Shown here piece after piece: positions 12,360-25,841 of a DNA stretch of 64,000 nt (positions are counted from its first letter, which is position 1; the number at the start of each line of letters is the position of its first letter). The position numbers were made by a program, and so were the translations under genes. The notes below the pieces were generated by a model, which saw nothing but the letters and a program-made list of their open reading frames with translations, ran no database searches and was not told the DNA's origin. The DNA is from the human T2T-CHM13v2.0 reference genome, Homo sapiens, in NCBI RefSeq assembly GCF_009914755.1, contig NC_060933.1, one strand, 5' to 3'.

Positions 12360-13173
12360 TGTCTTGGTTTGGGTTCCTTTGGAAGCCAACAGTATTAGTT
12401 CATTTTCATGCTACTAATAAAGGCATACCCAAGACTGAGTAATTTATAAAGGAAAGAGGTTTAATGGACTCACAGGTCCTCATGGCTGGGGAGGTCTCAC
12501 AATCATGGTGGAAAGTGAAGGAAGAGCAACGGCATATCTTAGATGGTGGCAGGCATGAGAGCTTGTGCAGGGGAATTCCCATTTATAAAACCATCAGATC
12601 TCATGAGACTTATTCACTACCACAAGAACAGTATGGGGGAAACTGCCCCCATGATTCGGTTACCTCCACCTGGCCCAGCCCTTGAAACATGGGGATTATT
12701 ACAATTCAAGGTGAGATTTAAACCCTATCACCAACTCTGAGGCAAAGGTTCAAGTACAGGTAGATTATCTGGATGATGATTCCAATGAGTACCAGAAGAG
12801 AAGAGGGCAAAGATGGTAAGGTCATGAAAAGAGGTAGTATTATCAAACACATTACTACTGTGATCAGCTGCAGCTTAATCACCCTGGGGACGAATTCTGT
12901 GAGCCAGGAGAAGACACACTCCTCAGAATTATCCCACCTGAGATGTTAGGAAGCTGGGGTATTTAATCCAATCATGCCCATCAGTGGTTGAGGGATTTCC
13001 CTGGGGCATTAATCCTCCAGCACATCTGTCTTACCTGCTGGTGGGCAGAGTGGGCTCAGGCCACCAGAGAAAGCTCTCAGGCAAAGAAAAATGAACAGTG
13101 ACTATGGAAAGTCATACCAGAAGATATTACAGTGGCAACAAATATGGGCAGAGCTTCAGTGGGATCTGTTGCA
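12360..13173. mobile_element. LTR16-like ERVL solo LTR, interrupted by THE1
   Basis: tgtcttggtttgggttcc...ctctgaggcaaaggttcaagtacaggtag... reads continuously across the THE1 insertion; ends ...gggatctgttgca. Confidence 0.55.
12391..12730 (-). mobile_element. THE1 (C/D-like) MaLR solo LTR
   Basis: gtattag...catacccaagactg...ctcacaatcatgg...attcaaggtgagattt...tatca, flanked by a perfect 5-bp TSD CCAAC (12386-12390, 12731-12735). Confidence 0.92.
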
Positions 13174-13827
13174 GCACTAAAGTGGTTGGACACTATTGCA
13201 AGGGAGATTAGCAAACAGGGAAGAGTCTAAGAAAAGAGTTTTAGGAATAATTTTCAATTTTGAGGTAGATCCCTTCATGTGAAATAAAGATTGCAAGGGA
13301 GAGCCAGGATTCACTAGGACCAAATGGGAAGCAGGAGTAGTGGTGGAGGTGAGAAATGATCTGGTAGTGCTGAGGCAATGAGAAAAGGAAGTTGGGATCA
13401 ATAGAGTTATACGAAGTAGTAGGATAGCATAAGTATACGGTTTATATAAAGGACTGAGAAAAAAAAAGAGACGATATGATTTAGGTAAAATGCACATACA
13501 TCCCTGGGTGCTTAGGGGCCAAAAAAGTAGCCATAAAATATATAAAGGCCATGAGGAGTCATATCGATACCAATTCATTTTTCACAGAATAGGAGAATTG
13601 AGTGCAGGAGATATAGGCCATGACAGACCTGGGTGGTTGGATGAGTCCTTCTCACAGTTTAAATCCACAGAAGACTGTCCAGAGAGTTCCCTGGATTAAC
13701 CTCCAAATAAAGTTAAGAACTGTTTGTCCATAGCTCATGACACCTTTGAGTTCTGTTGAAGCTGAAGTCAACAGAACCTCTCAGAGCTATGGACTTCTCA
13801 TCACAGTGGTCAACCCTTCTTCTAGAC

Positions 13828-14015
13828 CAGCAGTTCTCAAATGTTAGCATGCATCAAAGTCCTCTAGAAGGCTTGTTAAAACACAGATTTCTGGGTCCCA
13901 CTCCAGAGTTTCTGATTTAATAGTTCTGGTGTAGGGCCCAATAATTTGCTTTTCTAAAAACTTTCCATATGATGTGATTGCCGCTGATCAAGAGGGCCAT
14001 GCTTTGAGAACCACA
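13828..14015. mobile_element. MER5A hAT-Charlie DNA transposon
   Basis: Termini cagcagttctcaaa ... tttgagaaccacag; internal gcttgttaaaacacagatttctgggtcccactccagagtttctgatt. Confidence 0.85.
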
Positions 14016-14858
14016 GATGCCAGTCCCTTCAACAATCCACATACTCACATACCTACTATCCTAGGCGATAGGGATTCCCAAATGAATAATAATAATAAAA
14101 AAATTCGCATGGCTCCTTCCCTCAGAGAATTCTCTGTCTGTTGGTGCAGATATGAGTAAATACATCTTTAAATTCCAATGTCAAAGACCCTCAGGCTTGA
14201 GGGTAAGAATGTGTTGCTGATGTGGAGTTTTGAACATGAGTAGGAGCCACTCAGATCAAGAAGGGAGAGATGGGTGCTCCAGGCAGAGGGCGCAGCCTGG
14301 ACAAAAGTCTGTGGGTGGGAGGATGCACAGGAATGCACTTAGAGAACTGCAAGCCGTTAGGTGTGGTCAGAACATTGTCTAAATGTGGATAATCACAGGA
14401 GATGGGGCTGGAGAAGAGCCCAGGAGACTTAGAGGAGGTAGCACTTGAGCTGAGTCTTGAAGAACAAATGGGATTTTAGAAAAATAAAAGAAGGGTAGTC
14501 TGGCTGAGAAGACTGCAGGCACCCTTGATTTCAGGATTCCATATTGTCTCCTCATTATCTCTATATTCCTCCTCCAAATGTATGAGAGAGCATAAAAGTG
14601 GTGTCCTTTTACAAGAGTTTGTCTAAGAGCTGGGGTGGTGCTCTATGGTTCTTTCCAGAGGCCTGTTTGAGCCTTGCATGGAAAGGAGTAGCTCATTCTC
14701 CTGCATACCCTTGCATCATATCGAACACATTCCTTTCCAGGATAAAAAACATGTCAAGGTAACACAGATCACATGTAAAAAGGGAGGTGACCAGACATCC
14801 CCTTTTCTTCAGTACTTACAGCAGTGACATAGTGCGTCTATTCATCCATTAATCTGTA

Positions 14859-14900
14859 CAGACACAGACACACACACGCACGCACACACACACACACGCA
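14859..14900. repeat. Imperfect (CA)n
   Basis: Direct inspection. Confidence 0.85.
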
Positions 14901-17081
14901 TGCATACCATACCAGCACAGACCAAGGAAGTGAAATTTGCAAGGACCAATTTCAATTTCAAAACCTCTTTCCAATGAACCAAAGACAGAACTTAGTTTTC
15001 AGACATTTTATGCGCCATCCAAGACCTAAACCCAAACCTTGATATTTCTCTTCCACTAGCAGAATGGTTTTCCCTCAGGTTGTTACAAATATTTCTCTGT
15101 GTTGATATTTAAAAATATTTTCCACAAAGCTCCCTGCCAAATGCTTTCATCTCAAACACTTGCGGTTCTCCTGGAACTCATGTTAACACATACAAGGCAT
15201 CAGCTGTTGGAACTCCATTCACCTGTAAATTTGTCTTCAGAGCCTGAAATTTGTACGTTCACTTCTTCAAAAATTCTGTTGCCCAAAGTTTTAGCCTACT
15301 TAAACCCTTCACAGTAGATTCTACCGGCCTTGTTAGGCTTATCTTTTACTACCATCCCCATCCACTCCCTACCCACTCCTCATTTTTTGCAGCCAAACCA
15401 AACTTCCTTTAGTTACCTTAGCTTGCAATGTTCTCTTAGTTCTAAGTTCTGGAACATCTGCCTTTATCTATACATACACGCACACCTCACTCCTCTTTGT
15501 TCTTCATTTTGGAGTTTAGATAAGCTCATTAATGATCATTATTATAGCTTACATTAATTGCAGACTCACTAAATGCCTGGCATGGAATTAAGTACTTCAC
15601 ACATAATCATTTATTTAATATATGTAAAAACCCATTGAGATCGGTATAAATATCAATATTCTCATTTTAAAAATGAGGAAATTGGGGCAAGAAATTTTAA
15701 ATAAATTTCTCAATGTAGTATGACTAGTAAACAGATGAAATCTGAATTTGAACTGAGGCAATCTGTTCATGAACACAAAAACATAGCAATGCCTAATGAT
15801 ACTCCTAGAAGGCTTCTCTGAGCCTGACCAAGCCTGGAAACCCTGTGAGCCCACATCAGCTCTTATTTCCTCCACAATTGTCTTAACCACACTATGATAA
15901 TTGTCCATTTACTTATTTCATTCCTTAGAAACACACAGAAGCTGCCTCTCATTCAACCTGTATCCCCTGACATACAGTAGGTCTTCTGTGATTATTTGAG
16001 GGAGATATGAATAAATTTGAACGGAGCCTGAGTCAAGCACCATCCATGAAGAAAACACATGCTAATCCAATTAGTGATATAAACTCCAGGCTGAAACTAA
16101 ACCGATTAAGAGAACAAAGTTTTTCAGCACTTTAGAAATGCCTGCTAACATAAAAATCATACATCAATTACCAATCTTTCTCATTTTTCATGAAAGAAGC
16201 TGCCCTCCAAAGACCTCCAACTGCTAAAGCTTTCCAAGATGAGTATGTGTCTAGAGATAGCAAATTTGACTTTTTAAAAAATCAGTAATTCCAACTCTTA
16301 GCACATCCAAATTGCCTGTGTTTGGATAATGGAGTCAGATATGGAGGAGAGTTTGGTTAATCGAGTAGAAAGCTAAGGTTTAAAGCTTTGAGGCCAAGTG
16401 GGGAATTGGAACAGACAGAAGGACAATTAGGCACCTGAGATGTGGTAGGTATAACCAACACTAACCCCACCACCGAGAACATGGGTCTCAGCCTTCAATT
16501 GGGAAATGGGTCTCAGCCTTCATAGGCTCAGAGGTGAGGGGTTGCCAAACTCCTTCTCCTCAGGCTGAGATGGGTTCTACAACCTGAATCTGCAACTGGC
16601 AGCAAGGAAAATGAGGTGGCTTCCTGGATTGACCTGGTCCTCTTCTTTTAACAGCCTCAGGTTCTGAATGAGAGGGTTTCTGGTCACTAGTTAATTCACA
16701 GAGCTGATGATTAGCCAGACTTATAGGTTTAGATAGACTTCATTGTGTGACCAGACTCACTAAGACATCTGACCTCTCGATTGTCATCAATCTTGGTCAG
16801 TTAGGAATTTGGTTCCATTATTATCAACATTCACACTTTTTCTGGTAAAGCAACAGTATCCTTCTCTTTTCCATCCAAAGCTAGTCATTCTCTTTTCATC
16901 CTTTATTCTGATTTTTGCTTTTCTTTGAGCTTCCTACCTTGTTGCAATTAGCTAGAAGGAAACTACAAGCTGAAAGATTACAGTCTACCCTGCTACCAGA
17001 AGGATACCTAAAAATCCCATTGCACTGATGCTAAAGTCCAGACGTTGTTGCTGGCCTACTGGTCCTGAATGATCTGGCCTG

Positions 17082-17720
17082 GCCCTGTTTAATCCAGTAG
17101 CCACATGAGTCTACTGAGCACTTGAAATTCAGCACTGGTTAGTCTGTATTTACATGTGTTGCAAGTCAAAAATGCACCACGGATTTCAAAGGTAATGAGG
17201 TTTTTCTCACAATAATTATTGATATTAATCACATTAAAATGTCGAAATTTTAGATCAAACAAAACACATTATTAATTTTAATTTCACCTGTTTATTAAAA
17301 AAAGTTTTAATGTGGCTATTAGTGGGCCAAGCGCAGTGGCTCATGCCTGTAATCCCAGCACTTTGGGAGGCCAAGATGGGCGGATTACTTGAGGCCAGGA
17401 ATTTGAGACCAGCCTGGGCAACATGGTGAAATCCCATCCCTACTAAAAATACGAAAATTAGCCGGTGTGGTGGTGCATGCCTGTAGTCCCAGCTACTCGG
17501 GAGGCTGAGGCACAAGAATAACTTGAACCAGGGAGCCAGAGGCAGTAAGCCAAGATCGTGCCACTGTACTCTAGCCTGGGCAACAGAGCAAGACTGTCTC
17601 CAAAAAAAAAAAAAAAAAAAAAAGAAGAAGAAGAAGAAAATAAACAAAAAATAAATGTGGCTATCAGAAAATTTTAAATTACACATGTAGCTCACACTTT
17701 GTTTTTATTGGGTAGCACTG
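17082..17720. mobile_element. MER33-like hAT DNA transposon split by an Alu
   Basis: tagccacatg...tgagcacttgaaa and aatgtggctatcagaaaattttaaattacacatgtagctc...gcactg. Confidence 0.7.
17325..17652 (+). mobile_element. AluJ/S
   Basis: Full Alu with A/GAA-rich tail; TSD aatgtggctat(t/c)ag on both sides. Confidence 0.95.
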
Positions 17721-18169
17721 ATATGACTGATAATATTCAGCCTCCATTCCTGCCATTCTTCCTTTTACAATCTGTGCCCCAGGTATGCTGAATTTCTTCT
17801 AGGCTCACTAACCTTGCAAGTTCTCTATCACTCCCCAGCGTTTATATATCTGGAACATTCTTTCATTTTCATCATCTAGCCTTATTCATCCTTTAGGCTG
17901 GAGTTCAAATATTTCTTCCTTGGAGAAGGGTGAGATGTGTTCACCCTTCCAAATTTTAAGGTAGGGGCCCCTCTCTGTGACCTCATGACTCCCTTTGTTT
18001 CCATTCATCACAGTACTTGCCAGGCTGCTGTAACTGATTTTTTCTGCCTCACAGGATTGTACGCAACAAAAATAAAGCAATTGCTACTATACGTGGTACA
18101 TAGTAGGTATTCAGTAAATACTTATGAAGTGAATGAAGAAAGGAAACCTAATCTGATCATGCTGCATCA

Positions 18170-18542
18170 ATGGTGCCATGCGCTACATACCAAATCTGGA
18201 CCTCTGCCTATTTTCATAAATAAAGTTTTGATGGACCACAGCTATGCTCATTTATTTATATACTATCTATGGCTGCTTTTGTGAAGCAGAAGTCTGTAGC
18301 TGCAACAGAAACAGTATGGCCCACAAAGCCTAAAGTATTTATTACATGGCTTTTTAAAGAACAAAGTTTAAGCTAGGTATGGTGGTGTAGTCCCAGCTAC
18401 TTGTGACTCTAGTCCCAGGTACTTGGAAGGCTGAGGAAGGAGGATCAACTGAGCCCAGGAGGATCAACTGAGCCCAGGAGTTTGAGGCTGCAGTGATTGT
18501 GCCTTTATGCTCAAGCCTGGACAAGAGAGAAATCCCATTTCT

Positions 18543-18580
<38 letters not shown>

Positions 18581-18611
18581 AAAAACAAACACATAAGTTT
18601 GTTGACCCCTG
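18170..18611. mobile_element. MER58A interrupted by an Alu monomer
   Basis: caaatctgg...tttcataaataaagttt...tatggcccacaaagcctaaagtattta...aagttt | aagtttgttgacccctg. Confidence 0.75.
18372..18580 (+). mobile_element. Alu monomer (FLAM/FRAM-like) with internal duplications and a (CA)n tail
   Basis: tagtcccagctactt...ggaggatcaactgagcccaggagtttgaggctgcagtg; (CA)n at 18545-18575. Confidence 0.85.
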
Positions 18612-21600
18612 TTCTAAAATATAATGCCCAACTTTTCAGAACATATCCCTGCTTATCTGTTCGGACTTGTCGGATAGTTACTCCACTTACAATACCTCTC
18701 CATTTTAAGTGTACTGAACTATTGGAAGTGCCAGGAAATCTACTACATTCTTGTGCTCATCTATTCCATCTCCAGACCACACTGTAGGTCTCAACACTCT
18801 ATATTATCTAACTATTTTACATAATATATAAGAAAATGAACATATATCCACTTATAAGTCTTGATTCTCAAGAGCAGGTACAACCCATTCATTCAACACA
18901 TATTTATTCAGTGCCCAAGATGTGCCATGCCCAATTTCAGGAGCTGGAGATAGAATGGCCACCGTGCTTGTAACACTTAGAACCAAATAGAAGACTATTC
19001 TCTCTCAATTCTGTGTTTCCACTGACCAAACCAGTGCCAGGCATGCTGTAGTCACCTAGCACATGTGTGAATGAATGAATAAATGTTTTTTAACTAGAAT
19101 CACACTTTTATCATTATTTAATGCTATAAGCAGCAAGATGAAATTAAGGGTCAGACTTGATTCTATTCCCAGCTTTGACAGACAGGCAGTCAGGCAGTAA
19201 ATAATGCTTAAGGACATAGAGTGTGAAGGAAAACTGCCTAGGCTTGAATTCTCCACCTTTGCCACTGGCTCTCTGCGTGATCTGAAGCAAATTATTAGAT
19301 TGTTGTGTGGGGATAAAAATGTCCATCTTAAAGACATGCCATGTAGATTAAATGAGTTAGGGTTATAGAGTGCTTGACCAGTGCCTGGTACCTACCGAGT
19401 GCTTTATTAGTGTTGGCAATCATTATCATTGCCATTGTTATTGTTATCACCGCCCAAGCAAGGCCAAGTGACAGTTCTAGGAGCCTCATTGATAAAATGG
19501 GGACAACAGTATCTGTTCTGCCATGGGAATCCGATTAGAGACATCAGTGAGAGGACTTTGTAACCTGTGAAGTACTCTCCAGATGTGAAATGTGGTGATA
19601 TCTCCCAGATGTGTGGGTCAAATCGTCACTGACACATCTGCAAGGAGCAAACATCTGGAGGCCTGGCATGCCATCATCTCAGCCTCTGCTGCCCTTCCCC
19701 CCTACTCTAGCTCCTTTCTCCACACACCTCTTTTCCCACCCAGGGGCAGCATGCCAGTTCCAAGGTTGCAGTGAGAAAAATAACATTCTTCTGTTCTCTG
19801 TCCAGTGTGGAAATTCCATCTCTTTGCAGTTTCCATCATGTCAGAGGTGCACTGAGGGTCCATTAAGGCTCCTTATGGGAAGGGAGGAGGGTGTAGAGAG
19901 AGAGGGAGGGAATGGGAATCCCTTTTACTGGGATTTTTACTAGTACCGCTAGATGAAATCTTTCCATCCAGTCACCAAAGCGATTATTGGGTCATGGCTA
20001 CTGCTAGGAGGTGATTTTTTAAAAACAGGCTAACAGCAAAAGAATGCCTCATTGAATCAAAGTACATATCCATTGCAATTTTTTTTCCAACCATTTTTCC
20101 CCTTTGCTTTCCCAAATACAACAGTGTCTGGGTTAGTTCTCAAAGCAGTTTTGAATTTAAGGCTGAGACTGCTTTGTAGGGTGTCCCCAGAAGTAAGTCA
20201 ACTGAGTTCAACACACATTTATTTTGCATCAACTTTTTTTCTGGGCACTATGCTTGGCAGTAGATGTCTGGAGGTGAATGGAGCATTGCACTGTAATTGT
20301 GGACTCCACAGACTCCGGGGGAGATAAGTCACAAAACACAGGGCTTTCCAACATGCTAAGTTAGGACTAACATAGAGGTAATCCGTGGTGCTTGGGAATT
20401 TCAGAGGAGAGGGCAGGTACCAAGACTTCATATTACCTGAACCCAGTACAGAACCAAGTATACATTAGGTCCTCCATAGGGATGTCATGAATAACTAAAT
20501 GAGCTCCACCTCTGAGGGTTCAAGGAAGGCTTCCCAAAGAAAACTGTATTAGATCATGGTTGAATATATATGTCATGGTTCATAGGCTGCAAGAAGCAGC
20601 TACAGTTTGGCCCAAAGGAAAGTTACTACAAGTGTTTGAGAGGGCTTGGCTCATAGGTTTCAACCTGTGAGGGAAGGCTGGAGAAAGAGACTTGAAGAAG
20701 CCAGATCATTCCAGGGTCTTAGCAGCAAAAAGAGATAAAAAATATCACCCAGGCTCTACAGTTCAACACACTCAAGCTGTTCCTTTCTTGTATCACTCTA
20801 CTCAAAATTCAGAGTGTTGGGAGTAAGAATCTAGTTGGCCACATGCAGGTCTTATGCCTAGGTAGCCTGCAGTGGAAGAATGTAACACTTTGATTTAAGT
20901 TCCACCAAGATCATACCCAGTGAAGCCAAGGTGGTTCTCTACTCCTTTCCTCCAAAAAGAATCAGGCATTGATCAGAAGAAATAACTGTTTCTGAGCAGC
21001 CAATAGAGAAATTGCTACTGTCCACTAAAGCAAGAGTTAGGCAGAAGGAAAAAAGCTGGCAAGAATATACATACCTATGGAAGCAGAATGGGATAAGGTA
21101 TGGAGGTCCGAAAAAACAAGGGACAGGCAGGGAAATTGAAGCAGCTTAGGTATAGGGCATAAGACAAAAAGGTCTTATGAACAGGGTATGAATAGTGCAG
21201 AGCATGACAACGCTTAATCTCCATTCTGTACTGTGGTGTGAATGCAATAAGGCAGGAGGGTATGGAACCCAGTGCCACTGTTGCCTGTGTCATTGCTGCA
21301 TGAAAATATTGTGTTATTTTAGCTCAGCATAACGAGAAGTTATATGACTGTGACATCCCCCTGATGTCAGGTGAATAGATTAAACAAGTCCAAATACTAT
21401 TAACCCAATTACAGATGTGCTGAGTGGGATCTGAACTTGGCTTATCCCCAACTGGAAGTTTCACTTGGAAACTTAAAAGAAACAGGGGCAGAAAATTCTC
21501 ATCCACACCCAGTGCACCATGTCCTCAGCCAACCACAGAAACCTCTGCTGCCCAATAGTCATCCTCTGTTCTGTTTTTGTTTGTTGACTTTGTTTTCAGT

Positions 21601-22335
21601 GCAACCCCTAACATCTTACGTAACAGAAAATAAGGTTGGGTGAGAAGCTCTTTCTCCTTAAATGTAGATTTAGGTTTTGTGGGAACTAATAGTGATGCCA
21701 ATGGAATGAACAAGAGAAAAAAAAAAAGAAAAGAAAAAAGAAAAGGAAAAGCAGACCACAAACCTTTATGGAGCACTTACTGTGTGTCACATTCTATGCC
21801 AGGCCCTTTCTGATTTATTTATAGTGTCTTTCTTACAATGTCTGAGTGAGGTGGATACATCTGGTGATTCCTTTTTTTTTTTTTTTCAGTGAACAAATGG
21901 AGCTCCAAGTCTGCTAAGTTTCCATGTTTGAGGAGGCTGAGAGTTGAAATCAATTTGTCTGACTCCAAAGATTAATATTTATTCTTCAGAATGTCTTCCT
22001 CCCTTAACAACTCCTTCTGAAGGTGTTTTGTTCCCCGTAACAAGGACCTGCATCTCATCTTGGTTGCCTGTCAACTTGTAACTCTAGTGATAGAAAGCTC
22101 ATCATATTATCCTCCCCTCCCAAAAAAAGCAGCCCTTTATATGAACACTCCCTAAGCAAACCTCCTTTTGTCTTAACTCTATTCTCTTGACTCCAACAAA
22201 GGGGTGTATTCCTTCAGCTGCATACCTACTATTGCAACATCTGAAGATGGGGACTGGGCCTTGGTGTATTCTCCATGTAAATGGACAGACTCTGTGTGCT
22301 CTGGTTGGAAAGGCTCTTGGGAATCATCCATATTT

Positions 22336-22490
22336 GTGATTCCCAAATATGGCATGCATCAAAGACACCCTGGGAAAGTTGCAAAAACACAGAGTCCCAA
22401 GACGTAATTGGAATCTCAATGAGTGTGGCCCAGGAATCTGTATTTCTCCCCAAGCTCCCAGGTCATTTGGATGTTTGAACCCAGTTCCCC
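22336..22490. mobile_element. MER5-family DNA transposon remnant
   Basis: gcatgcatcaaagacaccctgggaaagttgcaaaaacacaga...ggcccaggaatctgtattt...ccaggtcatt. Confidence 0.55.
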
Positions 22491-24174
22491 AAATTATATT
22501 GCATGGAAGATCAAGATCCAAAGAAGGAAAGAAATTTGCCTAGGGCTACACAGTCAATGAGTCATGCTTTTATTTTCTGAGAAAAAAGAACAGCCTTGAT
22601 GATCTTTGCAGACAGCTCCTCTAAGACCTGCCTCTTGTTCTGCCCCAGAAAGGCTGTTCGTTGACTGTGGAGTTGAATAGCTTGCAAGAGAGTGAAGAAA
22701 CTACGTCATCCTTGATCATAAAACCTAGTGAACTGCAGCAACCAGGCTGGTATTTGTGCTACAAAACTGCCTGGGGAGGCTAACCCAACTTGGCACTTGC
22801 CTTGATTTCTGAGAAGAGGTAAGGTTTTCCCCCTATTATTCTCTAACTGCCCAAAGGTCAGAAAAGCAGATGGGCCTGGGGTTACCACGGGGTCAGGAAT
22901 GCACTGGACATAAAATAAAAAAACACTCTACTCTTGGTTCTGGCACCTTTATGATCTTGGATGGGTACTTTTTCATTTCTGACCCTCAGTCTCCATATTT
23001 ATAACATGGGAGCATTGGCCTCTGGAGGAGTTATGAGAATGTTGCTGTAGAGTGACCATGTTTTAGGCGAGAACTGCATCCTAGTTTTCTCCTAATGGCA
23101 TGACTCCAGGCAAATCACCTAAATTCCCTGAGCCTCAAGACTTGTTCTGTGAAATGGAAGTGTTGACAGCTACAATATGGTGTATGTATGACAAGTAAAT
23201 GAGATACTCCAACCAACATGCTTAGCACAGACCCTGGCTATGGAAAGTGTTCAACAAAGGGCAATTGCTGCTCTGGTTGTTATTGAAATTTGTCCTTCTA
23301 ATCTGAATCCCCAAGAGATCAGCCTCTCTGACCAAGGAGGAGAGTGCTAAGGCCTTACATTTGATTGGACTTTTCTAGTTCCTATACCCACCATCTCTTT
23401 AGTCCCTCAGTGGCTCCTTAGCAAATTCATGAATGAGCCTTTTGGTAGACTCCAAAGTGAGTTGGTCTGGGACTCAGAAGAAAGAAGCCCACAGTTTACT
23501 CAGGCTTGGAGATCCTGCATGAACACAAACCCATATCTCAGCCTCTATTTCCTCAACTACAAAGTGTTGATCAGGAGCCCCATTCCGGAAGACTTAAGTA
23601 AAAATGACTTTGGAACTGCATGGAGTAGTATGAGCACACATTTTTTGAGTATCTACTGTATGGTTTAACCTATGGGCCCTGGAGACATAAAACATAGCCC
23701 CATCCAGGAGCTCACATATATTAGGGGAAAACAAATATATAAAGGCACAATTAAAACCCAATGGGTTAAGTAGGAACATCACAGATATGTGGGGATTGTG
23801 AGAACTGAAAGGACGAACTCTTGTCCTGAATTTGGAGCTATGGTCAGAGCAACTTTCCTAGAATAAGTAACACTTCTCCTCCAGGAGTTTGCTCTGTAAA
23901 CATCCTCCTCTTCCACAAATATATATAATTGGTTACCCTCTTCTTTTCCAGTTGCAGTCCCGAGACATTGAAAAAACAATTAGTAAAGCTGAAGGATTCT
24001 TCAGTGAAGTTCTTGTCCAGCTAACCTCTTTATGAAGAGACACCGAGGGCAAGACTAGGGAGAAACTAGAGTCCAGCAGCCTGTTAGTGTCAGGACTGGG
24101 TCCAGAATCTGAATTCTGAATTACCATTTGGGGTGCTTGTGACTACCTAAACTGACAACCTCCCCAGTCTCCCT

Positions 24175-24178
<4 letters not shown>

Positions 24179-24220
<42 letters not shown>
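24179..24220. repeat. (CA)n microsatellite
   Basis: Direct inspection. Confidence 0.95.
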
Positions 24221-25764
24221 GAGGCATACATGCCTCCCTGTCCAGCAGAGCACACCTGTGGCCCCTTGCCCTCCCCTGCTGCCAACTCTTGTAAAACAGG
24301 AAAACAGAACAGCTTGGCTTTGGCTATAACATGTACAAACACTTGGAGCAAAGTTTCCAAAGGGAGACAGACAGTGAACGCCTTTCAGGGTCTGGCAGTT
24401 TTATGGGCAGAGGCCAATTAAAAAGCATACCCCCACACAAAGCCCGTGGGTTTTGTTTGGCTGTGGACTTCTCTCCAGGCCCCTTGTAGGCTGCATTGAC
24501 AGCGCAAATTGGAAGGACCACTGTTCCTGAGGGATCCTGGACATTCACAGTGCTGCTGGGGGATCTTCCTTCAGGATTTCCTCATTTGAGCCCTGACGCC
24601 CAATTTCAATGGGTTTTAGCTATGGGCTAGGTCCAGGGCAAGGCTCCAGGGTTCAGAAGGAATTCTAACCAGACCATGCCCTTGTGTTGCTCATAGTCCT
24701 TTGGGAAAGAATGGCATTGAGTGAGGAAAGGGCTAAAATGAAAGTAGGGAGTCCCCACTGTGAGACCTCAGAGAAGAGTTATCAGCTCCTCTGGGAGAAG
24801 GCAAAAGGCCTCAGGAAGCCAGTGGATGACATTTAGGGTGGATCTGCCCAAGCTGGAACTCCACTCCCACCAGAGGGAGAACACATGCAAGTGATGAGAG
24901 AGGATGAGCGAAAGGCATTTCTGAGACTTTTGTGTGTCTGGAGAGTAGGGAGTTGAGTATAAGAATGACAACAATTAACATCTGTAAACTGCATGTCACA
25001 TGCCAAGTGCTGTTATAAGTATCTAATGTAAACTGACCCATTTAATCCTGAGAAAAACCTTATGGAGGACTATTTCCTTTAAGTAGCAGAGAGAAAAACC
25101 AAGGCATGAACAGGCTGTCACCTGCCCAGGGCTACCGAACCATCAGCAACCCATGGTTTGTGTGGTCAGGACAGGGACTGGGGTTGACTCTTGGGCAGTA
25201 CCGTTGGCTGGGAATGTGGTATTGCAGAAGAAGCTGAGACTTAGGGAACTCCAGGTCTCCATGCTCTGCTGCAACCTGGCTGAGGCTGTGACCCTCTCTA
25301 GACTGGCCAGAGACAGTTATCCTGCTGTTGTCAATCTCAAAGGGAGGTAGTGAAGATAAAAGAGAGATTAAAAGTGCTCTTTGTACCTGAGTCATCATCT
25401 GATATAATGTTTCACATCCATGACACATAGATCTCCCCTAGTGTGGTGGGGGCACATGGATAACCCAGGGCCCACAGAGGGTGAACGGCTTGCTCAAGGT
25501 CACATAGCAGCTCTACTTCAGGAGCAAGACTAGACCAGAGGTCTCTACCTGAGGAGACAATAAAGCATAGTAGTTAAAATTCTGGAGTCCAGTGAGATCT
25601 GGATTGAAATTTGGTTCTGCCACATACTAGCTGCCTGAGACCAGAGAGTTTCTTAAATTCCTTTAGGTTCATTTCCCATATTTTTGAAAGAAATGATAAT
25701 TTATAAAGTATATGAAATGATGTTTATGTAAAGAATATGTCTTATGGTAAGCAATCAATTAAAT

Positions 25765-25841
25765 AATGATGGTGATGAGGATGAGGATAGTGATGATGAG
25801 GAGGAGAAGGAGGAAGAGGAGGGAGAGGAGGAGAAGGAGGG
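25765..25841. repeat. (GAT)n/(GAG)n purine-rich low-complexity tract
   Basis: gatggtgatgaggatgaggatagtgatgatgaggaggagaaggaggaagag... Confidence 0.9.

Noticed and set aside
14280-14296. CTCF-like motif caggcagagggcgc
   Set aside because: Falls in the common L2-derived 'ccaggcagaggg' context with mismatches in the core; unsupported without ChIP data.
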